From Clostridia bacterium (GTDB lineage Bacteria; Bacillota; Clostridia; Oscillospirales; CAG-382): a stretch of DNA of 64,000 nt. The translations under genes and the position numbers were made by a program. The notes beneath the pieces were generated by a model. That model was not told where the DNA came from and searched no databases. It worked only from the letters and a program-made list of their open reading frames with translations. The DNA is taken from assembly GCA_017396825.1 (NCBI GenBank), contig JAFQKR010000086.1, forward strand, positions 8,930-72,929, in the 5' to 3' direction. This document shows, one piece after another, positions 21,412 through 31,298 of this stretch. Each line of letters opens with the position of its first letter. The first letter of the stretch is position 1.

Positions 21412-22065
21412 TTATTTGAGTGCTAAAACAGCGATAACGCTTAATAATATAAGAACTATGCCTATTATCAAGGCAACTGCCGTATTGGAGGCGGTTACCT
21501 TGTTCTCACCGGATTTTACAAGCTTCATGTTTCTTAGTACGGTTATGACTGGCTTGTATATTAAAAGAGTAACACCTGCGTTAATACAGCCTTTTATAAG
21601 ATTAAAGGGAAGAAAAGCGGGAATAAGCATCACAGAAACAGCTTCTCTGCTGATGCCCATATACAAGGGAGAAATGAGCCAGTTCCAAAGGAGCATAAAG
21701 CCGGTTGTGGCAAGGGTGGAGACAATAAGACCGAAAACCGCACCGTAAACGTTACGAACGCGCTTGTATATGAGGGCGGCGCTGCAAGCGTAGATACAGC
21801 TTGAAAGGAAGTTCATCACAGCCCCTATAAGTCCGGTGTTGCTGATGGTTAGTTCGATCAATGAAGCGATCAGGCTTACAAAAACAGAATAAACAGGGCC
21901 AAGAATAAAGCCGCATAGCGTAATAAGCACGTCCTTAGGGTCGTAATGCAAAAAGGGAAGTGACGGCACCAAGGTTATGGGGATAACGTTAAACATCGCT
22001 GCAACGGCAAAGGCCAATGCGGCAAACATCGCAGCAACGGTTATCTTTTTCGTATTATCTTTCAT
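21412..22065 (-). CDS. ribU: ECF transporter S component for riboflavin (RibU-like)
   Basis: ~217-aa polytopic membrane protein directly downstream of an FMN riboswitch. The true start is ATG 22065 (MKDNTKK) after GTGAGG. The track start at 22140 lies inside the riboswitch terminator. Confidence 0.7.
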   Translation of the reverse strand: MKDNTKKITVAAMFAALAFAVAAMFNVIPITLVPSLPFLHYDPKDVLITLCGFILGPVYSVFVSLIASLIELTISNTGLIGAVMNFLSSCIYACSAALIYKRVRNVYGAVFGLIVSTLATTGFMLLWNWLISPLYMGISREAVSVMLIPAFLPFNLIKGCINAGVTLLIYKPVITVLRNMKLVKSGENKVTASNTAVALIIGIVLILLSVIAVLALK

Positions 22066-22079
22066 AAAAACCTCACAAA

Positions 22080-22275
22080 AACAAAAACGCCCGCCAAGCA
22101 AATACTTGGGGGCAAACAAATACACCTGCCGATACGGCAAACGTCATCATTTTCTTCTGCCATCCGGACTGTAACCGTTGGTCTCGGAGTTTCACCGAGT
22201 CGGCACCTGCAAAAACAAGCAGGTGTTCGCGGACTGTACCGCCAGTAGGGAATTGCACCCTGCCCCGAAGAAATA
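22080..22275 (-). promoter_or_regulatory. FMN riboswitch (RFN element) with terminator expression platform
   Basis: The minus-strand RNA reads CUUCGGGGCAGGGUGCAAUUCCCUACUGGCGGUA...CCGACUCGGUGAAACUCCGAGACC...GUCCGGAUGGCAGAAGAAAAUGAUGA. This matches the conserved RFN cores seen in the B. subtilis ribD leader (GGGGCAGGGUGAAAUUCCC...CCGACAGUGAAAGUCUGGAUGGGAGAAGGAUGA). It is followed by GCCCCCAAG-uauuugc-CUUGGCGGGC plus a U-tract. Confidence 0.85.
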
Positions 22276-22285
22276 TTATGGAAGC

Positions 22286-22314
22286 ATTATATCAGCAAGA
22301 AAAGACCTTGTCAA
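22286..22314 (-). promoter_or_regulatory. Promoter driving the FMN riboswitch and ribU
   Basis: Minus strand: TTGACA, 17 nt, TATAAT. Confidence 0.6.
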
Positions 22315-22341
22315 TAGATAAATATAAAAATATAAAATAAG

Positions 22342-22370
22342 TTGCCATTTGCAAAAAAACGTGATATAAT
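22342..22370 (+). promoter_or_regulatory. Promoter of the AI-2E transporter gene
   Basis: TTGCCA, 17 nt, TATAAT, with the TG of an extended -10. Confidence 0.55.
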
Positions 22371-22407
22371 AAAAAGAGCATAAAAGAAATGAAAGGTTGG
22401 TGACCCC

Positions 22408-23697
22408 GTGGAAAATAAAACTCGTCTAACTTTTAAACAATATATGATACTGGCGGTTACTACCGTTACTCTTTTTGTGGCGCTTATGAATTTCAAAACC
22501 GTTTTGGCCACTGTGTATTCTTTGTTCAGTTACATACTTCCTCTTTTTATAGGGGCTTGTCTTGCTTTTGCACTTAACGTTCCTATGAAAGCATTTGAGA
22601 GGGTATTCGCTTTTATACAAAGGAAATGCCGCATCAAGGTCAGACATACTTTTAACACCTACTTAAGTCTCATCTTTACTTTTGCATCTGTAGCGGGGCT
22701 TGTTGTTTTATTTGCCAAATACATGGCGCCTCAGCTTGCCGAATCGGCTGTGGAGATAGCTGAAAAGGTAAAGGCGTGGTATCCTGAAGGAATAAAGCTT
22801 TTAAATAATCTTGGTGTTGACACTGCAGTAGCCGAAGATCTTCTTGAAAATTTTGATGTAGAAAAGGTTATATCCTTTGTAAAAGAACATATTTCAGTCA
22901 GTCCCGAGAATATAGTAGATACGGTAATCAACGCGGCTAGTTCTACCTTCAGCGTGTTTATTACCGGTGTTTCCTGCATTATTTTTTCTATTTACATGGT
23001 AACGGGCAAAAAGAAACTTAATTTGCAGGCAAGGCAGGTTATTTACGCCTATACGCCCAAGCCGTTTGCGGATAAACTTTGTTATATAGGCAGCCTTACC
23101 TATAAGACCTTTTATAGTTTTATTTCCAGCCAATGTCTTGACGCTTGCATATTGGCGTTGCTTTTGTACGTAGCACTTTACGTGTTTGATATGCCATACG
23201 CCGGTATTATATGCACTTTAACGGGTATTTTTGCCCTTGTGCCCTATGTTGGCGCCTTCGTTTCTTGCCTGATCGGCGCATTGCTGATAATGCTTGTAAG
23301 CCCGGTGAAAGCGCTTATATTCTTGGTAATATTCTTTGTAGTTCAGCAGATAGAGGGTCAACTTATTTATCCGCACGTTGTGGGTAATTCCGTAGGTCTT
23401 CCCGCTATATGGACTTTGTTTGCCGCTTTGGTAGGCGGTGAGCTTATGGGTATATTCGGTCTTCTTACATTTATTCCGTTAACTGCAGTTATTTATACAC
23501 TTATAAAAGAAGGAGCAGTTAAGCGTTTAAAGGCTAAGGATATAGTTGTTGAATGTCCCGTTGACACGATGGAAAAAGAAAAACAAAGGGCACTTTTTGA
23601 AAAGAAACAACAAAAACGTCAACGACGTGAAGAAAAGAAACGTATAAAGGCAGAAAAGAAAAGCCGAAAATATGATTTTGATGATGACGATGAATAA
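22408..23697 (+). CDS. AI-2E family transporter (UPF0118/PerM-like) with a Lys/Glu-rich C-terminal tail
   Basis: About 8 TM helices, typical AI-2E topology. Charged low-complexity tail EKKQQKRQRREEKKRIKAEKK...DDDDE. The GTG start is uncertain. Confidence 0.6.
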   Translation: MENKTRLTFKQYMILAVTTVTLFVALMNFKTVLATVYSLFSYILPLFIGACLAFALNVPMKAFERVFAFIQRKCRIKVRHTFNTYLSLIFTFASVAGLVVLFAKYMAPQLAESAVEIAEKVKAWYPEGIKLLNNLGVDTAVAEDLLENFDVEKVISFVKEHISVSPENIVDTVINAASSTFSVFITGVSCIIFSIYMVTGKKKLNLQARQVIYAYTPKPFADKLCYIGSLTYKTFYSFISSQCLDACILALLLYVALYVFDMPYAGIICTLTGIFALVPYVGAFVSCLIGALLIMLVSPVKALIFLVIFFVVQQIEGQLIYPHVVGNSVGLPAIWTLFAALVGGELMGIFGLLTFIPLTAVIYTLIKEGAVKRLKAKDIVVECPVDTMEKEKQRALFEKKQQKRQRREEKKRIKAEKKSRKYDFDDDDE

Positions 23698-23874
23698 TGC
23701 CATCCATAGTTTATATTTATCGGTAAAATAAAAAAAGAAGGCAAAAACGCCGCCTTCCTTCAAAAATTCATACTGTTTTAACTTAACAAATTTATACTGA
23801 TGTTGCACCTTACGGTGTAAGGGTCGGTATCTCCTTTGTTTACACAATGCAAAAACGCTAAAGGAGGAAGAATA

Positions 23875-24288
23875 ATGAACGTACTTATGCTGTTAAAGCC
23901 AAAGAAAGATGTGGCTTTCATATATGAATCCAGTACCATTCGCCAAGGCCTCACAAAAATGAGAACTCACGGTTACTCGGCTATTCCGGTTTTAGACGAC
24001 GAGGGACGCTACGTAGGGTCGGTAAGCGACTCGGATTTTCTCTGGCATCTTATAGACCAAGGTAATGCCTCCTTAAAGGACCAGGAAAAGCATTATATCC
24101 GCGATATTATGCGTAAGGACTTTTCGCCTGCAGTAAGGATAAACGTAACTATGGACGAACTTTTGGATCAGGCCATGAAACAAAACTACGTTTGTGTTAC
24201 CGATGATCGAGATGTGTTCATAGGAATAGTTACCCGCCGTGATATTATCCGTTGCTTTATTGATAAGATACCTACGTCAAGTGATTAA
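23875..24288 (+). CDS. CBS-pair domain protein
   Basis: 138 aa with two CBS motifs. ATG 23875 follows AAAGGAGGAAG, and the track start is an upstream extension. Confidence 0.7.
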   Translation: MNVLMLLKPKKDVAFIYESSTIRQGLTKMRTHGYSAIPVLDDEGRYVGSVSDSDFLWHLIDQGNASLKDQEKHYIRDIMRKDFSPAVRINVTMDELLDQAMKQNYVCVTDDRDVFIGIVTRRDIIRCFIDKIPTSSD

Positions 24289-24963
24289 CTTGTCGAGAAG
24301 CTCCGCCAGTTCTGCCACCGTTTTTATACGATAATCGCCCACGGGCGCATTAGGAGGAGTGCAGTCGGCAGTAAGCAACTCTACGGTAATGTATCCGGCG
24401 CCTGACGCGCCGCCTACGTCGCAAATGGGGTTGTCACCAACGTATATTAAAGTGCCTTCACTGCATCCCAACCGACGGGCCATTTCCTTAAAAGGAGCGG
24501 CATCCGGTTTTTGTATACCAAAGTCACCGCACAATATGACCTCATCAAAGCTGTTTGTAAGTCCAAGCAGCTTTAATTTTTCCCGCTGAACAGCCGCATC
24601 ACCGTTGGTTATAAGCCCTGTTTTCAGTCCTCTTGTCTTAACCTCCTCCAAAACCTTGTAGGTGAAGGGAAAGGGAACAGCTTTGGTTGTGAACAGCTTC
24701 AGAAGCAATGCTTTGTATTCGGAGTATTCAGGATGTATGGTAAACATACCCTTTTCCAAAAGGAATTCAAACACTCTTTTCCAGCCATAGTATATATACG
24801 TCCTATCACCCTCACATAAAAGCTGTGCTACGGCATTTTCATTCATACCGCCTGCAAGCTTGTCTTGAAAATAGGTGCAAAAATCAGAAGCGATGGCACT
24901 TAAGGTTGCGTATCTGTCAAATAAAGTGTGGTCAAGGTCAAAAACTACACCGTTGATTTTCAT
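24277..24963 (-). CDS. HAD-family hydrolase (subfamily IA)
   Basis: Motif I FDLDHTL, then GDN/D motifs. ATG 24963 follows GAGGTG. Its 3' end overlaps the convergent CBS gene by 12 nt. Confidence 0.75.
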   Translation of the reverse strand: MKINGVVFDLDHTLFDRYATLSAIASDFCTYFQDKLAGGMNENAVAQLLCEGDRTYIYYGWKRVFEFLLEKGMFTIHPEYSEYKALLLKLFTTKAVPFPFTYKVLEEVKTRGLKTGLITNGDAAVQREKLKLLGLTNSFDEVILCGDFGIQKPDAAPFKEMARRLGCSEGTLIYVGDNPICDVGGASGAGYITVELLTADCTPPNAPVGDYRIKTVAELAELLDKLIT

Positions 24964-25034
24964 CGTTATCACCTCATGGGGGATGATACCACAAATTCTT
25001 ATATTAGTCAATCTTTTCTAAACGGAGGGGCGCT

Positions 25035-25955
25035 ATGCCAAAAAAATATCAGATACTCTCTTTCGGGGAGGCGCTTATAGATTTCACACCTACTTCGGAA
25101 GGTACATATGTACCGAACGTAGGCGGCGCACCCTTGAACCTTGTTGCTTGCGCCGCAAAATACGGCCTTAGAACTGCTTTTGTTGGAAAGGTGGGCAAAG
25201 ATGCTTTCGGCAAGCTTATCGCTTGTACGGCAGAAAAATGCGGCATTGATACTGCGGGTATCCTTTGGGACGATGACCGAGTTACAACCCACGCTTTTGT
25301 CACTCTTGACGATACCGGGGAGCGTGACTTTGTATTTTGCCGTGAACATGGGGCTGATGCTGCTCTTACCTCATCAGAACTGCCAAAAGAAATGCTTGCG
25401 GATACCGAGCTTTTTCATTTTGGAGGCTTGTCCCTTACCAACGATGAATTAAAAACGGCTTGTTTCACAGCCCTTGACTATGCGGCGGATAATGGCGCCA
25501 TAGTTTCTTTCGATCCGAATTACAGACCGCTTCTTTGGAAAACACCGCTTGATTTTGTTGCCGCCTGCAACGAGGTGCTTTCTAAGGTTGATATACTTAA
25601 GGTATCTCTTGAGGAGGCACTTATGCTCACAGGGGAACGTACGGAGAGGGAAGCGGTTTCCGTTCTTACAAGTAAGGTTTCCGCAGTGCTTGTCACCAAA
25701 GGTGCAGAAGGTGCCCTTTGGGCGAAAGGTGACCGGGTTGTATTTCTTCCTCCTACCAAGGCATGCACTGTGGACACTACGGGAGCAGGGGATATATTTT
25801 TCGGTGTCTTTCTTTCGGCTATGCTTTCAGGCGGATATACTCCTCAAAGCCTTGATGGAGAAAAGGCTGAGGTTTTTGGTAAGAAGGCGTGCTACTTCGC
25901 GGCAAAAAGCACCGAAAAACACGGCGCTATCCCCTCTATTCCCAACTTTTCGTAA
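25035..25955 (+). CDS. PfkB-family carbohydrate kinase (fructokinase-like)
   Basis: GG dipeptide N-terminal motif and the C-terminal DTTGAGD anion hole. Confidence 0.75.
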   Translation: MPKKYQILSFGEALIDFTPTSEGTYVPNVGGAPLNLVACAAKYGLRTAFVGKVGKDAFGKLIACTAEKCGIDTAGILWDDDRVTTHAFVTLDDTGERDFVFCREHGADAALTSSELPKEMLADTELFHFGGLSLTNDELKTACFTALDYAADNGAIVSFDPNYRPLLWKTPLDFVAACNEVLSKVDILKVSLEEALMLTGERTEREAVSVLTSKVSAVLVTKGAEGALWAKGDRVVFLPPTKACTVDTTGAGDIFFGVFLSAMLSGGYTPQSLDGEKAEVFGKKACYFAAKSTEKHGAIPSIPNFS

Positions 25956-26035
25956 GAAAATTGGCTCTAATGCTTGACATAGGGGCGTCTTTGTTATAAA
26001 ATAAAATCGTATTATACATATGGAGGTTTTTCATA

Positions 26036-26764
26036 ATGATTAAAGTAATAGTTTGCGAAAACTACGAGCAGATGTCTGAAGAAGGCGCAAAGGTAATTGC
26101 GGCTCAGCTTAAGGCTAAGCCTGATTCTATTCTCGGTCTTGCAACCGGTAGTACTCCCGTTGGTATGTATCAGTGCTTGCAGAAGATGAACAAAGCAGGC
26201 GAGATCAGCTTCAAGGATGTTACCAGTTATAACCTTGATGAGTATTATCCCCTTGCACCCACCCATGATCAGAGCTACAGATATTTTATGAACTTTAATC
26301 TTTTCGATCACGTTGATATAGATAAGAACAGAACTCACGTTCCCAACGGTCTTGCTAAGGATCCCGCTGAAGAGGGTAAGGCATATGATGCAGCAGTAGC
26401 AGCAGCTGGCGGCATTGACCTTCAGGTTCTGGGTCTCGGTCAGAACGGCCACATCGGCTTTAACGAACCCGAGGATGAGCTTTACGCCGGCACCCACCTT
26501 ACCGACCTTACCGACAACACCATCGAAGCAAACGCACGCTTCTTCGCTTCTAAGGACGACGTTCCCACTCAGGCAATCACCATGGGTCTTGCTACCATTA
26601 TGCAGGCTAAGCAGATTCTTGTTCTTGCCAGCGGCGCTAACAAGCACGACGTTGTTAAGAAGATGGTAAGTGATGACAGAATTACAACTCAGGTTCCTTG
26701 CACCGTTCTCAAGGCTCACAAGGACGTTATCCTTATCTGCGATAAGGCCGCTTATAACGGTTAA
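26036..26764 (+). CDS. nagB: Glucosamine-6-phosphate deaminase
   Basis: 242 aa, NagB/6-PGL fold with ...GLGQNGHIGFNEP... Confidence 0.8.
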   Translation: MIKVIVCENYEQMSEEGAKVIAAQLKAKPDSILGLATGSTPVGMYQCLQKMNKAGEISFKDVTSYNLDEYYPLAPTHDQSYRYFMNFNLFDHVDIDKNRTHVPNGLAKDPAEEGKAYDAAVAAAGGIDLQVLGLGQNGHIGFNEPEDELYAGTHLTDLTDNTIEANARFFASKDDVPTQAITMGLATIMQAKQILVLASGANKHDVVKKMVSDDRITTQVPCTVLKAHKDVILICDKAAYNG

Positions 26765-26774
26765 TTCAGCAAAC

Positions 26775-26812
26775 AAAAAGCGTGCGGACAACCTCCGCAC
26801 GCTTATTTAATA
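26775..26812. terminator. Bidirectional terminator
   Basis: AGCGTGCGGA-caacc-TCCGCACGCT flanked by A- and T-tracts. Confidence 0.65.
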
Positions 26813-26815
26813 AAA

Positions 26816-27070
26816 CTAGTTCTTTTTAGAACGGAAAAAGTCAAGACAGCCTGTAAGCAGTATCCCCGTACCTACACCCGCAAGGCAGTATATCCACATA
26901 TTGTTAAACCACAAAAGCAGTACCGCCGCAAGCATCCCGTAAAGGGCAAGTTTTATTACCGCAACTCCTGCGGCACCCTTCTTTTCTGTCATGTAGTTAA
27001 CAAAAGTTTTAAGCAAGCAATATTGCAAAAAACCAACGATAAGCCCTATGGCAATAAATACGTAGTTCAT
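26816..27070 (-). CDS. Small two- to three-TM membrane protein, unknown function
   Basis: 84 aa, hydrophobic. ATG 27070 follows AAAGGAG. Confidence 0.45.
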   Translation of the reverse strand: MNYVFIAIGLIVGFLQYCLLKTFVNYMTEKKGAAGVAVIKLALYGMLAAVLLLWFNNMWIYCLAGVGTGILLTGCLDFFRSKKN

Positions 27071-27142
27071 AATAAACACTCCTTTATACGCTTTGCTAAA
27101 TTATAGCACAGCCGTAGTAAAAGGTCAATACAAAAAAGGGAG

Positions 27143-28204
27143 ATGGAGCATTTGTTGAAACGACTAACCGCCATAATTTTAACCTTAATTTTGCTTACGG
27201 CAACGGCATCTGCGGTCTCTGCCGCATCTTTGTCTGTTCTGCCGCGCGTTTACAGACCTGATATGTTCGCCTCTGTCGGTTATCACGGAGGACAAAAATA
27301 CATCGCCTTGGACGTCGTTATAAACGATATAACCGAGCCTACCGGTCTTTTGTCCATAGGCTTTAATATAGAATTTGATGGCGATGCTCTCGTTCCTCTG
27401 TGGCAGACCGATAAGGAACTTAACGGCGACGGTACTATGGTGGGCAAGTACAACGCTCCTCAAATGATTACCAGTTGGCCTACATTTTCCATGACCTTGG
27501 GTGGTAACGAGTACATTATGTACGCGGCGGAAGGGCTTTGTAAGTCTTATGCAACCACAGGGAAGGGCGTTCTTAACGTTAACCTTGTTGTTAATATTGA
27601 TTTTGTGTCAGAGGGTGTTGTTGACGATGGCGCAATGGCTCTTCGTTTGTATTTTACCCCTACTAAGGGTTTCAGAGAAGGTGACACCTACACCTTTGCT
27701 ATCTCAGGACAATACGATGAAACCATCCCTCAAAAGGTAGGCGCCGAGGGTACAAATAACGAAACTCCCATGCCTAAGCGAGTTCTCGGTTACGGTAGTG
27801 AAGCCTCCGTAACGCTGGGCTATGCCGATTGCGGTGCCTTTGACCTGAGCGAGGCGGGTATATCTGCCGGTGTGGCTCACGATGGCGCAAAGGAAATCCT
27901 TTGGGTAAAGGAAGACACCGATATGTCGGGCATTTCTTCTATGTTTTTGACCTCCAAAACCGTAAAAACAAGTGGGAAATACACCACAGTAAGCGACGGC
28001 AAAAAGACCATTACCGCGGCTGTAAAGGGTGATGTTAATACCGACGGAACAGTAAGCACGGCGGATTATCTGGCGTTAAGGTCTGCTATTCAAGGCACAG
28101 GCTCTCTTGATGAGGTGCAAACCAAGATAGCCGACGTTAACGGTAACGGTGTTCTCAGTACTGCAGATGCTGTCGGATATACCCGTATGTTCGGAAAACA
28201 GTAA
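27143..28204 (+). CDS. Secreted dockerin-containing protein with an N-terminal beta-rich (cohesin-like?) domain
   Basis: Signal peptide, then C-terminal tandem dockerin repeats DVNTDGTVSTADYLALRSA / DVNGNGVLSTADAVGYTRM. The true start is probably TTG at about 27155 (MKRLTAIIL...). Confidence 0.65.
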   Translation: MEHLLKRLTAIILTLILLTATASAVSAASLSVLPRVYRPDMFASVGYHGGQKYIALDVVINDITEPTGLLSIGFNIEFDGDALVPLWQTDKELNGDGTMVGKYNAPQMITSWPTFSMTLGGNEYIMYAAEGLCKSYATTGKGVLNVNLVVNIDFVSEGVVDDGAMALRLYFTPTKGFREGDTYTFAISGQYDETIPQKVGAEGTNNETPMPKRVLGYGSEASVTLGYADCGAFDLSEAGISAGVAHDGAKEILWVKEDTDMSGISSMFLTSKTVKTSGKYTTVSDGKKTITAAVKGDVNTDGTVSTADYLALRSAIQGTGSLDEVQTKIADVNGNGVLSTADAVGYTRMFGKQ

Positions 28205-28219
28205 TAAAATAGTAATAAC

Positions 28220-28265
28220 AAAACGCTGTAGAAGCATCAGCCTCTACAGCGTTATTTTATTGTTT
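28220..28265. terminator. Bidirectional terminator
   Basis: AACGCTGTAGAGA-loop-TCTACAGCGTT, then ATTTTATTGTTTTG. Confidence 0.65.
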
Positions 28266-29954
28266 TGCGTTTTCTTCTTCCTCTAAAACCGTGTAGGCAA
28301 TTTTGCCGACACCGGTCTTTGGAAGCTCCTCTCTGAACTCAATGTCATAGGGCATAGCGTATCTGGCGATGTGCTTGCGGCAGTACTCCACAAGCTCTGA
28401 TTTTAAGGCTTCGTTTGGGGTTATCCCCTTCTTTAGCACCACAAAAGCCTTTACCTTTTGCATTTTATAGGGGTCCTTAACTCCTATAACGCAACTCATT
28501 TGTACCGAAGGATGTGCGTCGATAACGTTTTCCAGCTGGCTTGGATAGATATTGTAGCCGCTGCTTATTATCATGCGCTTGATACGCTGGCGGAAGTATA
28601 TAAAGCCTTCCTCGTCCATGTATCCAAGGTCTCCCGTGTGCAACCATATTTTTCCGTCGCTGTGGGTACGAAGCGCTGCGGCATTTTCCTCCTCGTGGCC
28701 TATGTATCCCAGCATCACAGAGGGTCCCCTTAGGCAAATTTCGCCCTCAGTACCGTAAGGTGCTTCGTCTGTGGTGCCGACAGCGCATATTTTGTAGTAG
28801 GTGTCGGGGTAGGGATAGCCGATACTGCCTTCTCGTTCTGTGTGTAAGGGAGTAAGACAGCTTGCCGTTACGCATTCGGTGGTACCATAGCCCTCACGTA
28901 TCTTTACGTCTGCGCCGTGCTCTGCAAGAAAAGCATCCATTTTCTTTTTTAACTCAACGGAAAGACTGTCACCGCCGGAAAAAACACCCATAAGGCAGTC
29001 AAGACGCACCCCGTTAAGGCTTTCGATGCGTGTAATAGCCTCAAATAAGGTAGGTACCCCCGCAATGTAATTGGGGCGGTTTTTCTTAATAAGGTCAGCG
29101 TATTCCTTTGGGTTGAACTTAGGCACCAAAACCGATGTGCCACCTGCAACCATCATGGTATGTATACACACGCCAAGTCCGAATCCGTGGAACATAGGCA
29201 TCGCCGCCAGCATTATTTTGTTGCGAATAGGTCTTCCGCACATTGCGGCAGTCTGCAAAGCCAGGGCGTTAAAATTAAGGTTGGAAAGCATTATGGCTTT
29301 GGTAACGCCGGTAGTACCGCCGGAAAACAGTATAACGGCAACGTCACTTGCTGTGCCAACCGGTTGTATTTCGCATGGAACGTTTATCCCCTTTTTTACA
29401 AAGCCTTTCCAAAGGGTGGCAGAGGCCGGAACGTTCTTTTTGTATTTTCGTCCTTTTGTAAACTTAAAAACGGTAGATTTAATAAAGCCAAGCCCGTCAG
29501 CGGCAGAGGTTACCAATAGTGAAAGGTGAGGAATGTGGGAGAGGGCGCTTTTGAATTTGCCTGCAAACTGGTCAAGAGCAACAGCAAAACGGCAATCAGC
29601 TTCCTTAAGCATCGAAACAATCTCTTCCTCCGCTGAGAGGGGGTGTATCATGCAGGCAACGGCGCCTAAAAGATTTACGGCGTACAGACAGTAAACGGTT
29701 TGAGGAAGGTTTGGCAAACAGATAGCAACACGGTCGCCTTTTTTGACACCGAATTTTGCAAAGGCATTTGCTGTAAGTCTTACGTCCTTTTCCAAACGTT
29801 TGTAGCTTATGCCGCGCCCCATAAAGGATAAAGCGGTGGCAGTGGGCATTTCTTTCGCAGTTTCTATGACCAGTTCTGCCATTGTGCGGTCGGGATATTC
29901 TAAATTAAACGGAACATCTCCGTAGTTTTTTAACCAAGGTGCGCCTTTTTCCAT
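28257..29954 (-). CDS. AMP-dependent synthetase/ligase (long-chain acyl-CoA synthetase-like)
   Basis: AMP-binding motifs (SGGTTGVTKA, GYGTTE). ATG 29954 sits after GGAGG. Confidence 0.8.
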   Translation of the reverse strand: MEKGAPWLKNYGDVPFNLEYPDRTMAELVIETAKEMPTATALSFMGRGISYKRLEKDVRLTANAFAKFGVKKGDRVAICLPNLPQTVYCLYAVNLLGAVACMIHPLSAEEEIVSMLKEADCRFAVALDQFAGKFKSALSHIPHLSLLVTSAADGLGFIKSTVFKFTKGRKYKKNVPASATLWKGFVKKGINVPCEIQPVGTASDVAVILFSGGTTGVTKAIMLSNLNFNALALQTAAMCGRPIRNKIMLAAMPMFHGFGLGVCIHTMMVAGGTSVLVPKFNPKEYADLIKKNRPNYIAGVPTLFEAITRIESLNGVRLDCLMGVFSGGDSLSVELKKKMDAFLAEHGADVKIREGYGTTECVTASCLTPLHTEREGSIGYPYPDTYYKICAVGTTDEAPYGTEGEICLRGPSVMLGYIGHEEENAAALRTHSDGKIWLHTGDLGYMDEEGFIYFRQRIKRMIISSGYNIYPSQLENVIDAHPSVQMSCVIGVKDPYKMQKVKAFVVLKKGITPNEALKSELVEYCRKHIARYAMPYDIEFREELPKTGVGKIAYTVLEEEENAKQ

Positions 29955-30058
29955 TACGTCCTCCATGTATTAACACTGCCTTATATAATACCAAATTTTC
30001 GTTTTTTTGTCAATGACGAAGAAATTTTGAAAAAATTCAAAAAATCACGCGAAAGCAC

Positions 30059-30087
30059 TTGACAATCATGTGATTGCGTGTTATAAT
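30059..30087 (+). promoter_or_regulatory. Consensus promoter of the DUF1836-nfeD-floT operon
   Basis: TTGACA, 17 nt, TATAAT, with TGn extended -10. Confidence 0.6.
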
Positions 30088-30116
30088 CACTACAACGAGC
30101 TAGAGAGGTGATGCGT

Positions 30117-30683
30117 ATGAAGTACCTACCGGGCACGACGATAGAGATAGATGTAAACGAGCTTGGCGTGTCGGAAAAGTTATTCAGTAACATGTTCAAA
30201 ATGGGCGGATTGGTTATGTCCCAATTGTCAAACCTTCTGGGGCTGGAGCCGTATATAATCCAAAACTGGGTAAAGCGTGGCTTTGTTTCGCCCCCTGTGA
30301 AAAAAATGTATACCAAACGTCAATTTTGCAGGCTTTGCATAATAAATATGTTAAAGGATACCTTGCGGCTTGACCGCATTGCCGACCTTATATCCTACGT
30401 AAACGGCAAGTTGGACGATGAAAGCGACGATACTGTCGGAGATGACAGCCTTTACGATTATTACGTTGACCTATGCTTTTTGCTGAAAAAATGCAAAATG
30501 GATACGGAGGAAGCACTGGATAAGGTTGTGGAGAATTATGACGAGCCTTGCGAGGGCGGCAGGGAAAGACTTAAGAAGGTGCTTTTGGTTATGCACCATG
30601 CTCGTGTATCAGCCGTAGCAAAAAAACGCGCGGAAAGTATTTTAGAAAACTTTGATATAGAAAGGGTGAACAATGATGAATGA
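30117..30683 (+). CDS. MerR-like HTH protein (DUF1836-like), paralog 1
   Basis: The N-terminal half has a MerR-type HTH-wing pattern (LSNLLGLEPYIIQNWVKRGFVSPPVKKMYTKRQFCRLCII). It is paralogous to 38848..39369. The DUF1836 name is from memory. Start ATG 30117 after AGAGAGG. Confidence 0.5.
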   Translation: MKYLPGTTIEIDVNELGVSEKLFSNMFKMGGLVMSQLSNLLGLEPYIIQNWVKRGFVSPPVKKMYTKRQFCRLCIINMLKDTLRLDRIADLISYVNGKLDDESDDTVGDDSLYDYYVDLCFLLKKCKMDTEEALDKVVENYDEPCEGGRERLKKVLLVMHHARVSAVAKKRAESILENFDIERVNNDE

Positions 30684-31272
30684 ATGGTGGGAAGCTTTAG
30701 ACGTAGCAGGCAGGATATTTGCTTGTATAGCTATCCCTTCCACGGTGCTTTTGGTGATACAAATAGTACTTAATCTGCTGGGTATAGGTATGGAGGGTGA
30801 CGTTGACATTCCCGATGCAGACGGTGATGGGGATATCGATTTCAACGATTACGTTCTTGATGACGGCTTCCGTTTCTTTACCGTAAGAGGCATAATTGCC
30901 TTCCTGGCTGTACTGGGCTGGACGGGTTTGACCATGCTCAGCTATAAAAACGGCTTGGCGCTGACACTGACAGTTTCCGTCGCCGCAGGCTTTGCCGCTA
31001 TGTTTGTTATAGCTCTTATGTTCCGTCTGTTTATGAAGCTGCAAAACGACGGCACCTCTGATATCGTGAACGCAGTTGGCAAAACGGGTACCGTTTATCT
31101 TACCGTTCCCTCTGCTCGCGGTGGCAAGGGGAAGGTGAACGTAGTATTTCAGGACCGCCTGACAGAGCTTGACGCTATAACCGACGACTCCGTTTCTTTG
31201 CCTTACGGTACAGAGATAGAGGTCATAGGTGTTAGCGGTCAAAATACCGTAATAGTAAGCAAACAAAAATAA
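30673..31272 (+). CDS. nfeD: NfeD-family membrane protein (YuaF-like) with C-terminal OB-fold
   Basis: N-terminal TM helices plus a C-terminal beta-barrel. Overlaps the upstream gene by 11 nt. Confidence 0.7.
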   Translation: MMNEWWEALDVAGRIFACIAIPSTVLLVIQIVLNLLGIGMEGDVDIPDADGDGDIDFNDYVLDDGFRFFTVRGIIAFLAVLGWTGLTMLSYKNGLALTLTVSVAAGFAAMFVIALMFRLFMKLQNDGTSDIVNAVGKTGTVYLTVPSARGGKGKVNVVFQDRLTELDAITDDSVSLPYGTEIEVIGVSGQNTVIVSKQK

Positions 31273-31298
31273 TAAAAACCTTTAAGGAGGAAAATTTA

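Noticed and set aside
22073-22511. Small minus-strand ORFs 22073..22258 and 22311..22511, and the N-terminal extension of ribU to 22140
   Set aside because: They overlap the FMN riboswitch aptamer, terminator and promoter, so this sequence is RNA structure rather than coding.
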